Below, one piece after another: positions 1 to 9,329 of a stretch of DNA of 64,000 nucleotides (position 1 is its first letter; every line of letters starts with the position of its first letter). Both the position numbers and the translations under genes were made by a program. Under the pieces are notes generated by a model. That model ran no database searches. It was given only the letters and a program-made list of their open reading frames with translations, and had not been told where the DNA came from. This DNA comes from an uncultured Pirellulales bacterium (GTDB lineage: Bacteria; Planctomycetota; Phycisphaerae; Sedimentisphaerales; SM23-30), in the NCBI GenBank assembly GCA_964580995.1, contig CAZOMV010000001.1:42840-106839 (forward strand), in the 5' to 3' direction.

Positions 1-31
1 CGTTTCCAGGAATATAAGGAGTTAATTTCTT

Positions 32-1243
32 ATGGTTATTGAAAAAGCAGCTATTTTACCAGATGGCTGGAAAACAACGATTATCAGTTCACTGGATCAG
101 GTAGAAATTGTTCGGCCGATTTGGAAGAAAATGCAGGCAGAAGAACCATATCCGGTCATCAATGCGGATATTGATCGTTATCTTTCTGTCCTTCAGGCGT
201 TGGAGGACAAAGCCTGTCCATTAATCGTTCTTCTGGAACGGAATGACCAGCCCCGGGCTATGATTATCGGACGACGGGAAAAACACATTGTGCCCATACG
301 GGTGGGATATAAAATCTTGTTTAAGCCAAAACTCGACTGTTTGGCTGTTGTTTATGGTGGTATTCTGGGCCAGCCCGACGAACAGATCAATTCTGTGTTA
401 GTTGTGGAATTGATGAGGTTATTGAAGCGGAGAACCGTAGATGCTGTTTATTTCAATCATTTATGTGTGGACTCGATCTTTTATAAACAGATATGCAAAA
501 TCCCTAATTTCCTAGTGCGCAATCATTTTCCCTTGATCCAACTGCATTGGCGGGTAAATATATCTAAAAGTAAAGGTGTGGAGGAATTTTATGCATCACT
601 TTCTCAAAATCACAGGAAACATATAAGGAAATATTTTCGGATTCTTGAGGAAACATACAAAGGTAATGTGGATTTCCGTTGTTACCGTAAACCTGACGAT
701 GTGGCACAGGTCTGTAAAGATGTAGCTTATATCTCCCAAAGGACTTACCAACATGGATTAGGAGTTGGTTTTACAGAGGATTCTCAGAATAGTAACTTAT
801 TACGAGCTGCTGCTGAGAAAGGGTGGCTGCGAGCTTATATTCTATATATAAATGAAAATCCCGTCGCCTTTGAATTGGCTTTAAAATATAATAATATTTG
901 TTTTGGTGAAACAGCAGGGTATGATCCTAAATGGGGCAAATATAATGTTGGTACAATTACACAAATAAAAATACTGGAATCTGTATGTAATGAACAGGAT
1001 GTCGATTATTATGATTTTGGTTTGGGACATGCTGATTATAAACAACGACTTGGTAATAAATCTTGGCAAGAAGCAGCGTTAACTTATTTATTTGCATGTA
1101 GACCTTATCCACTTGTTATAAATACCTTAAATGCAATGAATTCCGGATTTGTATTGGGATTAACATGGTTGCTTCTGAAGACCAAGATCTTTTTGTTAAT
1201 TAAGCGGATATGGCGAAGAAATTTACAGAAAATAAACGGATGA
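32..1243 (+). CDS. FemAB/CelD(BcsL)-like GNAT-fold acyltransferase
   Basis: 403-aa ORF with an AAGGAG SD upstream. The C-terminal half (GYDPKWGKYNVGT...YYDFGLGHADYKQRLG) resembles the CelD/FemAB-like acetyltransferase family by eye. Paralogue of the next ORF. Confidence 0.65.
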   Translation: MVIEKAAILPDGWKTTIISSLDQVEIVRPIWKKMQAEEPYPVINADIDRYLSVLQALEDKACPLIVLLERNDQPRAMIIGRREKHIVPIRVGYKILFKPKLDCLAVVYGGILGQPDEQINSVLVVELMRLLKRRTVDAVYFNHLCVDSIFYKQICKIPNFLVRNHFPLIQLHWRVNISKSKGVEEFYASLSQNHRKHIRKYFRILEETYKGNVDFRCYRKPDDVAQVCKDVAYISQRTYQHGLGVGFTEDSQNSNLLRAAAEKGWLRAYILYINENPVAFELALKYNNICFGETAGYDPKWGKYNVGTITQIKILESVCNEQDVDYYDFGLGHADYKQRLGNKSWQEAALTYLFACRPYPLVINTLNAMNSGFVLGLTWLLLKTKIFLLIKRIWRRNLQKING

Positions 1244-1279
1244 AGAGATAGAGTATGTCATTTTGAGGAATTAGAGAAA

Positions 1280-2443
1280 ATGTTTGATAATGACCATACA
1301 ATTAAGGAAATGCACTACCAGGTTGAAGTTGCCAGAGTAGAAACGTATCAGAAGTTATCCAGAGACTGGAACGATCTTTTTTCAGTTGCAACGGATGCCC
1401 CTCCTTATTTAAGCTTTCCTTGGGTGGATTCATTCATTTGTCATCAGCATATCCGCGGTGAAGTATGTATCATTATAGTTCGTATGGGGGAAAAAATAGT
1501 AGCTCTTTTACCTCTAGCTATTCGGAAAGTATGGGGTATAAAGATTGCCGAACCAATAGGTACCGGTGAGCCCTCGTATTTAGGGTTATTACTCGATCCC
1601 GATCATATCTCTGCCGTTGATACTCTGATTGGTTATATTATTGAAAATAAAATATTTGATTCTTATTGTACAAGTGATTTATCATCAGAGGATAATGCGA
1701 CGAGTTTATTACTTAAGGGTTTTGAAAAAAATAAATTTCATTCATTTTATTGTAAAAGAAATCCTTGCTATTTTATTAAGTTGGAAACTGACTTTAACAA
1801 TTATTTACAACACAACAAATCATCCCGCTCGAGGCAAAACTTGCGAAATCAGGAGAAGAAGGTTTTTTCCTCGGGTCAAGTTGAAATTCAACGGTATCGG
1901 GGTAATGAGATTACGGAAGAAGTACATCGCCGTTGTATGCTTTTGCAGAAAGAAAGCTGGATGAATCGTCGGGGGGCAGCGGTTCTAGGACAAAAGTTTT
2001 ATCGGCATCTTTTTTTAACCATGTCACAAATGGGGTACGGCCATGCCTGGTTAATGACAATTGATGGCCAAGACGCTGCTTTTGGATATGCGTTGATTGA
2101 TAAAAATAAACTATTTTATGAGTGGACTGCTTTTCATATGAAATACACCCCAAAGCTTTCTGTTGGCCGTGTATTGTTGCTCAATCTAATTCGCGACGCC
2201 TGTACAGAAAGGATTGATCATTTTGATTTTGGTCACGGGTATGGAGAATATAAAGCATTTTTTGCGACGGGTTCATATTGGGTAAGTCGTGTAATTGCTG
2301 GCCGGGGTATTAAGGGGTATGTTCCTGTTTTAGTGTATGGTACAATATGGAAAGCTTACCAAAACGAGTTAATTCGATCTGTGTATAAGAGGATTAAAAT
2401 GTTATGGGCGTATTTCAATCCCAAACGAGCTTCTTTTAATTGA
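1280..2443 (+). CDS. FemAB/CelD(BcsL)-like GNAT-fold acyltransferase (second copy)
   Basis: 387-aa ORF. Same architecture as the previous ORF (FYEWTAFHMKY...DHFDFGHGYGEYKAFF). Confidence 0.65.
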   Translation: MFDNDHTIKEMHYQVEVARVETYQKLSRDWNDLFSVATDAPPYLSFPWVDSFICHQHIRGEVCIIIVRMGEKIVALLPLAIRKVWGIKIAEPIGTGEPSYLGLLLDPDHISAVDTLIGYIIENKIFDSYCTSDLSSEDNATSLLLKGFEKNKFHSFYCKRNPCYFIKLETDFNNYLQHNKSSRSRQNLRNQEKKVFSSGQVEIQRYRGNEITEEVHRRCMLLQKESWMNRRGAAVLGQKFYRHLFLTMSQMGYGHAWLMTIDGQDAAFGYALIDKNKLFYEWTAFHMKYTPKLSVGRVLLLNLIRDACTERIDHFDFGHGYGEYKAFFATGSYWVSRVIAGRGIKGYVPVLVYGTIWKAYQNELIRSVYKRIKMLWAYFNPKRASFN

Positions 2444-2508
2444 AAATAACACGCCAAGTGTGAGGTAATGTATTAATATTTTATGGAATGTAGTACAAGT
2501 TTAGCTGA

Positions 2509-3168
2509 ATGGTATACAAGATGCAAATATTTCTCAAGGAAATAGGTAAGAATGTTATAGTCCGCAGGGCGACATTTGATGATATTGACCGTCTGTGTAA
2601 AATATCCAAAGAGTGTTTTCAGAATGATATACAGGATCAGGGTTTGCTATTTATAGCCCGTAAATGGTGGCAGCTACGCATAAATTCAGCCGAGATTGAA
2701 ATAGGGGTAGTTGAAATTGACAATCAAGTGTGCGCTTTTTGTATAATCGTTTTAAATGAGCATCAATGGAAAAAACAAATCCAAAAAAAGAAAATATTAA
2801 AAATACTTTCAATACTTTCATTGTGTAGGCACCTATCTTTATGCAGATTATTTATAATTAAATTATCAAGAAAGATATCTTCTTTTTTCGCTGGTAAAGA
2901 GGAGAATGTAAGTATTAGGACTTTACCCAGAGAAAGAATCAGGATCGAACCTATTGCGGTGGCAAAACGGAATCGCAAATGTGGTCTTGCGAAATTGCTT
3001 TTGCGATGGGCGGAGAATAGGGCATTTGAATCGAATAGAAGGACTATTTGGCTTACTGTGGACAAAAGCAATTATTCTGCCCAATGCCTTTACGAATCTT
3101 TAGGGTATCAACTATTTATGACAACAAAATACCAAGGTTTTTATATGAAACAGGTTGAAAAAAAGTAA
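2509..3168 (+). CDS. GNAT family N-acetyltransferase
   Basis: 219-aa ORF with an acetyl-CoA loop-like RNRKCGLAKLLL and a C-terminal NYSAQCLYESLGY motif. The start may be the ATG at 2521. Confidence 0.6.
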   Translation: MVYKMQIFLKEIGKNVIVRRATFDDIDRLCKISKECFQNDIQDQGLLFIARKWWQLRINSAEIEIGVVEIDNQVCAFCIIVLNEHQWKKQIQKKKILKILSILSLCRHLSLCRLFIIKLSRKISSFFAGKEENVSIRTLPRERIRIEPIAVAKRNRKCGLAKLLLRWAENRAFESNRRTIWLTVDKSNYSAQCLYESLGYQLFMTTKYQGFYMKQVEKK

Positions 3169-3294
3169 AATTGGACAGTGTGGAAAATATACAGGCAGGT
3201 GGTCGTACATTTTGATCCAGAATGGCCATAGCCGGTTGGGTTGGGTAGATGGTTTTTAATGAGATGTGACATATTCTGTGACGGTAAGAATTAA

Positions 3295-4017
3295 ATGTTT
3301 GTTGCTTCCTGGTACATTTATTTTCTCCTTTTGTTTTTTGTACTTTTCGTGTATTTTGTTCTCCCGTGGTTTTGTAGCCGCTGCCAAAGGAGAACCCTGG
3401 CCGCCAAAGCAAAAGTTAATAGAGTATTGGTCTTAAGTATAGATGATGGTCCCGGATGTAGGCTGACACCAAAGATATTGGATATTCTGGCCGAGAACGG
3501 TATCAAAGGATGTTTTTTTCTTTTAGGAAAAAATATTGATGGCCGTGAGGCACTTGTCCGTCGAATTGTAGTAGAGGGGCATGAGATAGGTTCGCATGGA
3601 TACGATCATCTTCATGCTTGGAGAGTTTGTCCTTGGAAGTGCATACAAGATATCAAAAAAAGCTGGCAGGTTATTGACGGTGCCCTTGGAATTCAGCGAG
3701 GCGTATATCCTTTTCGACCGCCTTATGGAAAACTCAACCTTGTAACACTGCTATATCTTTGGTATAAGCGAGTACCTATTGTTTTCTGGACAGTGGATAG
3801 CAACGATACCCGTGATTGGAACAACGACCAAAATTCCTTAGAGATATTGGCAAAGCAATTGGATCATGGGGGTGTTCTTCTGGTACACGATTTTGACCGT
3901 TCCACAAATCAATGTGAACAGTATGTTCTTGATGTGATAAAATTGGCCATTGATATAGCCCAAAAGAATAATCTTAAGATGGTCACCCAGTTTATGCTAA
4001 AAGATAAGTCTTCATGA
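3295..4017 (+). CDS. Polysaccharide deacetylase (NodB homology domain), N-terminal TM anchor
   Basis: Carries the NodB motifs LSIDDGP and GSHGYDH, plus a hydrophobic N-terminus. Confidence 0.8.
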   Translation: MFVASWYIYFLLLFFVLFVYFVLPWFCSRCQRRTLAAKAKVNRVLVLSIDDGPGCRLTPKILDILAENGIKGCFFLLGKNIDGREALVRRIVVEGHEIGSHGYDHLHAWRVCPWKCIQDIKKSWQVIDGALGIQRGVYPFRPPYGKLNLVTLLYLWYKRVPIVFWTVDSNDTRDWNNDQNSLEILAKQLDHGGVLLVHDFDRSTNQCEQYVLDVIKLAIDIAQKNNLKMVTQFMLKDKSS

Positions 4018-4979
4018 ATATACTCGATGTCTCTATCATTATCGTCAACTGGAACACCCGGGATATCCTGCGGGATTGTCTGCGTTCGGTGTATAATCAA
4101 ACACATAATATTAAATTTGAAGTAATTGTTGTGGATAATGCCTCTGCCGATGGCTCGGCGGAGATGGTTAAGTCCGAGTTTCCGCAGGTGATTTTGATCA
4201 AAAACCAGGAAAACCGCGGATTTGCCGCTGCCAATAATCAGGGAATGAAAATTGCAAAAGGGCGTTATATCCTGTTGCTTAATAGCGATACTGTTGTTCT
4301 GGATGGGGCGATACAAAAGACGGTTGCATTTGCAGATCAACATTCGGAAACTGCTGTGGTAGGGTGCAAAGTATTAAATCCGGACAAGACTCTTCAGCCA
4401 ACTTGCTTTATGTTTCCATCTATTTTGAATTTATTTTTATCCAGTACCTACTTATATAAATTATTCCCTAAAAGCCGTTTCTTCGGTCGCGAACGGATGA
4501 CTTGGTGGGATCGAAACGATGTCCGTGAGGTTGCTGTTGTAACCGGTTGTTTTATGCTGGTGCGGCGTGAAGCTATAGAAAAGATAGGATTAATGGATGA
4601 ATCCTACTTTATGTATGCGGAAGAAACCGACTGGTGCTATCGGTTTCTAAAGAATGGTTGGAAAACCCTTTTTTTCCCAAATGCGAATATTATTCACTTG
4701 GGGGGGCAAAGCAGCAAGCAGGTACAAATAAAATCTATAATTCAGCTTCGCCTGGGGATACTTCAATTTATTTGCAAGAACAGGAACACGGTTTATTTTT
4801 GGCTTTCCGGAGTTCTAATTTCGCTATTTTTTTTATTTCGCATCCCCTTGTGGTTATTGATGAGAATTGTAAAACCTGTTGATTGCGATAATCGAAATCG
4901 AGTTAAAGCCTATTTATCAGGATGGTATCGAGTAATAAAAGCAACCTTTAACCCTAAGCCGGAGAATTTTAAGTCATGA
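4014..4979 (+). CDS. Glycosyltransferase family 2
   Basis: VSIIIVNWNTRD...VVDNASADGS...LLLNSDT are GT2 signatures. There is a 4-nt overlap with the upstream gene. Confidence 0.85.
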   Translation: MNILDVSIIIVNWNTRDILRDCLRSVYNQTHNIKFEVIVVDNASADGSAEMVKSEFPQVILIKNQENRGFAAANNQGMKIAKGRYILLLNSDTVVLDGAIQKTVAFADQHSETAVVGCKVLNPDKTLQPTCFMFPSILNLFLSSTYLYKLFPKSRFFGRERMTWWDRNDVREVAVVTGCFMLVRREAIEKIGLMDESYFMYAEETDWCYRFLKNGWKTLFFPNANIIHLGGQSSKQVQIKSIIQLRLGILQFICKNRNTVYFWLSGVLISLFFLFRIPLWLLMRIVKPVDCDNRNRVKAYLSGWYRVIKATFNPKPENFKS

Positions 4980-6328
4980 ATTTTAAAGTTATGGCGCAAG
5001 GGGGTGTCAATCTGATTATTCGTAGATATATGGGGCCATTCTGGTATCGCAGAAGATGGCTGGAAAAAACCCAATGGTGGAGTCAGCAGGAATTGGAATC
5101 GCTCCAACTAATTCTGCTTAAACGGTTAATTTCACACGCATATAAAACTGTGCCGTATTATCGGATACTGATGGATAAACTGAAAATCAGAGTCGAGAAT
5201 ATAAAAACGCTTGATGATATAAAAATGTTTCCTGTGTTTACGAAAGAGAGTGCATTGAAAGCGGGTAATTCTATTGTTTCCAACAAATACCCTTCCTGGT
5301 TACTTCGAAAAACCCACACCAGTGGGACTACGGGAACTCCTTTAATGCTCCGCAGAGATATTTTTTCGATCGAAAATGAACATGCCTTTGTCAGACGTCA
5401 GTGGGATTGGGCCGGATTAGGTATTAATGATCGATGTGCTTATCTCAAAGGTAGGGTACTTGGGGAAAAAGACACAAAGAGTGGTCGTCTTTATGCGTAT
5501 GATCCAATCATGAAAGAATTACATTTGTCTACCTTTCATCTAACGTATAAAACGGCTAAAGAATACGCAGATATAATTAGTAGTTACGGTATAAAAGGCC
5601 TTGTGGGTTATCCATCTGCTGTTAATATACTCGCCAGAGGGTGTTTAGATTCAGGGATTAAACTAAAGTTTCAGTCGGTACTGGTTACTTCTGAGATACT
5701 CACCCAATCAACTAGAGATATAATTAGTAGAGCATTTGATTGTAAGGTATACGATTTTTATGGATCTGCCGAACGGGTAAGCTATATCCATACCTGCGAT
5801 TACGGAAGTTATCATATAGTACCGGAGTACGGCCTTCTGGAACTAATTCCAATTGAGAACAATAAGGATGGAGAATGTAGGTTAATTGCTACTGGTTTCT
5901 GGAACATGGCGATGCCGTTAATTAGATATGATACCGAAGATCTTGTGTATCCTTCCAATGAAACTTGCCAATGCGGTAGGGCATTCCCGGTGATCAAATC
6001 TATTATTGGTAGAGAAGGTGATGTTATTATCACACCTTCTGGCAAAGAGCTAGGTGTGTGCATTATTTCTTATATTGTATATGTTTTGTGTGGCGTCAAT
6101 AACATTATTGAAAGTCAAATCATCCAGGATAATCAAGATCATATTATAATTAACTATGTGCCTGATCAGAAATTCACTTCGGAAGACTTGTCGGAATTTA
6201 AGAATCGTTTAGCCAAATATTTACCAAATGACTTAAAGTTTACTCTACAAAAAGTAGATTCGGTTCAAAAAACAAATGCAGGAAAAATCAAGCCTGTTAT
6301 ATCCTTAATCAGTGGAATGGGAAAATGA
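4976..6328 (+). CDS. Adenylate-forming enzyme, phenylacetate-CoA ligase / CapK-like family
   Basis: TSGTTGTP AMP-binding motif, 450 aa, and a C-terminal KTNAGKIKP lysine motif. Translationally coupled to the GT2. Confidence 0.7.
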   Translation: MNFKVMAQGGVNLIIRRYMGPFWYRRRWLEKTQWWSQQELESLQLILLKRLISHAYKTVPYYRILMDKLKIRVENIKTLDDIKMFPVFTKESALKAGNSIVSNKYPSWLLRKTHTSGTTGTPLMLRRDIFSIENEHAFVRRQWDWAGLGINDRCAYLKGRVLGEKDTKSGRLYAYDPIMKELHLSTFHLTYKTAKEYADIISSYGIKGLVGYPSAVNILARGCLDSGIKLKFQSVLVTSEILTQSTRDIISRAFDCKVYDFYGSAERVSYIHTCDYGSYHIVPEYGLLELIPIENNKDGECRLIATGFWNMAMPLIRYDTEDLVYPSNETCQCGRAFPVIKSIIGREGDVIITPSGKELGVCIISYIVYVLCGVNNIIESQIIQDNQDHIIINYVPDQKFTSEDLSEFKNRLAKYLPNDLKFTLQKVDSVQKTNAGKIKPVISLISGMGK

Positions 6329-6600
6329 TTTTATTTTTGGCTCTTCTGAACAATTTGTGGGTAAATAAATTCAGCGAATTTAACTCAGCAAAATCGTTCG
6401 GGGCCCAGACTGCCAAATTGCCCCCCGTTAGTCCCAATTTGCCAGTCTGCCCAAGCGATTTTGCTGAGAATATCAAGCTGAATTTATTTGAACTAAAAAA
6501 ATATCAATAGAAAACGCCATACGTCATTATGAGTCAATAGGTTACGAGCGAAGCCTCCTAAATTCACCCACAAATTCTTTTGAAGAGGCAATAAAATATG
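6326..6600. repeat. Nested imperfect inverted repeat (about 275 nt palindromic element, MITE- or structured-RNA-like)
   Basis: Inner arms 6363-6420 and 6435-6489 are reverse complements with a few mismatches (aaataaattcagc...ctcagcaaaatcg...cagactgccaaattg). Outer arms 6326-6362 and 6566-6600 pair at about 75%. A 76-nt unpaired insert lies at 6490-6565. Confidence 0.7.
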
Positions 6601-6751
6601 CATCCAATGGATTCGCTTGTATCATAAGGTAGTATAAAAACAAATAGTTTCTTGAAGGGCCGTAGAATGTGAATTTTTAGTGGTTTAAGGTAAATCCTAT
6701 GGGCAATTTTGAAAAATAAAGCCAACATTATGACTGATTAAGAGCCAATAG

Positions 6752-7381
6752 ATGTTAAGATTCCTTGTAATATTAGTATATAAATATCTTAAGAAAAGAA
6801 AAATCCAGGATTTATTCGCGAAACTAATAGCCAGACTTGAAGGTGGGGAGATGTATTCAAAGACAATTCGCGAGATATATAGAAAATATCATGGCATTGA
6901 TGTCGGAAAGTATAGTTATGGTTGTTTTTTCAATGATAGCATAAGGCCTGGTGTAACAATTGGCCGTTATTGTTCAATTTCCAAGAATGTTTCCATTATG
7001 GATGCAAACCATCCTCTCCACCATAAATCAACCCATCCCTTTTTTTATGAACCAAACTATAAATACGTAAAAGAATCTTATGTTCAGCATATACCAATTA
7101 TAATTGAGAATGATGTATGGATCGGAAAAAACAGCATTATAGTACCCAATGTTAGGAAAATTGGAAATGGGGCGGTAATTGCGGCGGGGGCGGTAGTTAC
7201 TAAAGATGTTCCGAGTTATGCCATCGTAGCAGGTAACCCAGCTAAAGTTATTCGCTTTAGATTTCAACAAGAGGTTATTGATAAACTACAGAAAGAGCAG
7301 TGGTGGCAATATGACATCGAAAATTTAGTGCCAGATATCACAAAGTTTACACACTTCGAAGAGTATATTTGTTCTGATTAA
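6752..7381 (+). CDS. Hexapeptide-repeat (XAT/CatB-related) O-acetyltransferase
   Basis: [15 protein letters not shown] plus left-handed beta-helix repeats ([11 protein letters not shown].., [13 protein letters not shown]). Confidence 0.8.
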   Translation: MLRFLVILVYKYLKKRKIQDLFAKLIARLEGGEMYSKTIREIYRKYHGIDVGKYSYGCFFNDSIRPGVTIGRYCSISKNVSIMDANHPLHHKSTHPFFYEPNYKYVKESYVQHIPIIIENDVWIGKNSIIVPNVRKIGNGAVIAAGAVVTKDVPSYAIVAGNPAKVIRFRFQQEVIDKLQKEQWWQYDIENLVPDITKFTHFEEYICSD

Positions 7382-7390
7382 GTATATCTA

Positions 7391-8311
7391 ATGGAAATAA
7401 AAGATTTAACTTCAAATTATGTAATTGTTACTCCAGCTTATAACGAAGAAAAATACATTCGTCAAGCAATTGACAGTGTGCTTGCTCAAACTATTCAGCC
7501 GTTATTATGGGTAATTGTGGATGACAGTTCAATGGATCAGACTGCGGATATTATAAAGCGTTATGCTGCTAAATATCCATGGATTCGCTATGTATATAGA
7601 AAAAAAGAAAGCAACCAGAGTTACTATGCCAGTAATGTTTATGCAATATTTAAAGGATTAAAAGAAATAGAATTATCAGATTATGATTATCTGGCGATTT
7701 TGGATGCCGATATCGAATTACCTGCTAATTATTATGAGGAAATATTTAAGCTATTTACTCAAGACAAGCGGTTGGGTATTGCGTCGGGTCATTGTATGGA
7801 TCGAGTTGGGGATATATTAAAAAAAGGATTATACGATTGGAGGTCAGCGCCTAAAAATGTTATGGTTTTTCGTAGGCAATGTTATGAGGATATAGGTGGC
7901 TTCATTCCTTTAAAATATGCTGGAGAAGATACTTGTGCCTGTTTTATGGCACGAATGAAAGGTTGGACAACCTGGGCCACAACAAATCTGATGGTGATTC
8001 ATAATAAGCCAATGGGTACAGGTCATGTTAATAGTCGGATTAAAATTCGCTTTCGGCAAGGTCTCGGAGAGTATTTTTTAGCAACTCACCCATTATTTAT
8101 GCTTTTAAAATCATTGAGACGCTGTGTAAAAGAGCCTCCGTATTTTACTGGAGGATTGGCACTTTTGACCGGATTTGTTTATGCTCATTTTATAGGCCAG
8201 AAACGACAAATCTCAGATGAACTTGTGAAATATATTCGAAAAGAGCAACTTAGGCGTATATTTAGGGGAAATCAAGTTCCGGTTGAATTTGAGATAAAGA
8301 CGGAAATATGA
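7391..8311 (+). CDS. Glycosyltransferase family 2
   Basis: VIVTPAYNEEKYI...VIVDDSSMDQT...ILDADI are GT2 signatures. Confidence 0.8.
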   Translation: MEIKDLTSNYVIVTPAYNEEKYIRQAIDSVLAQTIQPLLWVIVDDSSMDQTADIIKRYAAKYPWIRYVYRKKESNQSYYASNVYAIFKGLKEIELSDYDYLAILDADIELPANYYEEIFKLFTQDKRLGIASGHCMDRVGDILKKGLYDWRSAPKNVMVFRRQCYEDIGGFIPLKYAGEDTCACFMARMKGWTTWATTNLMVIHNKPMGTGHVNSRIKIRFRQGLGEYFLATHPLFMLLKSLRRCVKEPPYFTGGLALLTGFVYAHFIGQKRQISDELVKYIRKEQLRRIFRGNQVPVEFEIKTEI

Positions 8312-8766
8312 ACAACCGAAAATTTTGCCTGGTAGCCTCTGCCGGCGGTCATATTACACAATTACTTAAACTGGCAGATTGCTGGAGCGGCTGTGAGGCG
8401 GTGGGGATTACAACTACGGAAGTGGTTCGGGCGAAACTAGAGCAATTCGGTCCGGTATATGTTCTCGGTGAGTCGAATCGTGAACATCTCCTCCGGGTGA
8501 TCCGGCAGATATTTCGCTGTTATCAAATTCTGTGTAAGGAAAAACCAAGTGTAATAATCAGTACCGGCGCTGCTGTTGGTTGTATTGCCTGTTTTCTCGG
8601 CAAATTCCTTGGTGCAAAAGTTATCTGGATTGACAGTATTACCAATGTGGAAAGATTGTCGCTTTCCGGCAGGATGGTACGTTATATTGCAGATCTGTTT
8701 TTAGTACAATGGCCGGAGTTGGCAACAAAATATAAAAGAGTTGAGTATGCGGGGGCGGTGATATGA
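8308..8766 (+). CDS. Alg14-like membrane-anchoring subunit of a split glycosyltransferase (PssD/Cps14F-like)
   Basis: 152 aa with LVASAGGHITQLLKL and a GAAVG motif. ATGA overlap with the upstream GT2, and 4-nt overlap with the Alg13-like partner. Confidence 0.65.
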   Translation: MNNRKFCLVASAGGHITQLLKLADCWSGCEAVGITTTEVVRAKLEQFGPVYVLGESNREHLLRVIRQIFRCYQILCKEKPSVIISTGAAVGCIACFLGKFLGAKVIWIDSITNVERLSLSGRMVRYIADLFLVQWPELATKYKRVEYAGAVI

Positions 8767-9242
8767 TCTTTCTTACTGTGGGAACGCAATTCCCTTTTGA
8801 CCGGTTGGTAAAAGAAGTGGATCAGGCAGTTGATCGTGGGTTGGTGGGCGATGAAATCTTTGCCCAAATCGGCCAAAGCAGTTATCAACCGCGCAATTTT
8901 CCGGCGGTTTCAACACTGGACAAACACGCTTTTGATGGTAAATTTCGGCAGGCTTCTGCTATCATCAGCCATGCCGGGATGGGTTCGATTACTATGGCGC
9001 TGGAATACCAGAAGCCGATGCTGGTCATGCCCCGCCGCAAGAAATTCCATGAGGTCGTGAACGATCATCAGATCAGTATCGCCAAAGAATATGAAAAGTC
9101 CGGTTATATCCTGGTTGCCTATTCCGAAGCTGAATTAGCCGATAAACTTGCTGATTTGAAAACATTCATCCCGAAAAGACGAGTGGCCCAGCCGGAAGCG
9201 GTAGTCAGGCGGATAAAAGATTATCTTGGTTCATTAGGTTGA
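8763..9242 (+). CDS. Alg13-like catalytic subunit (Glyco_tran_28 C-terminal domain; PssE/Cps14G-like)
   Basis: MIFLTVGTQFPFDRL...ISHAGMGSI is typical of the MurG/Alg13 C-terminal domain. Confidence 0.7.
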   Translation: MIFLTVGTQFPFDRLVKEVDQAVDRGLVGDEIFAQIGQSSYQPRNFPAVSTLDKHAFDGKFRQASAIISHAGMGSITMALEYQKPMLVMPRRKKFHEVVNDHQISIAKEYEKSGYILVAYSEAELADKLADLKTFIPKRRVAQPEAVVRRIKDYLGSLG

Positions 9243-9329
9243 GATTCCTACTCTATGAATGTTTGTAAAAATTGTCGGTGGCATATCTGATGGAATAATG
9301 GTTCTATCCCGATAACCCTAGAGGTCCCC

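Noticed and set aside
6325-6510. 61-aa ORF after the CapK-like gene
   Set aside because: It reads straight through the long palindrome. Its sequence is dictated by the inverted repeat, and it has no SD.
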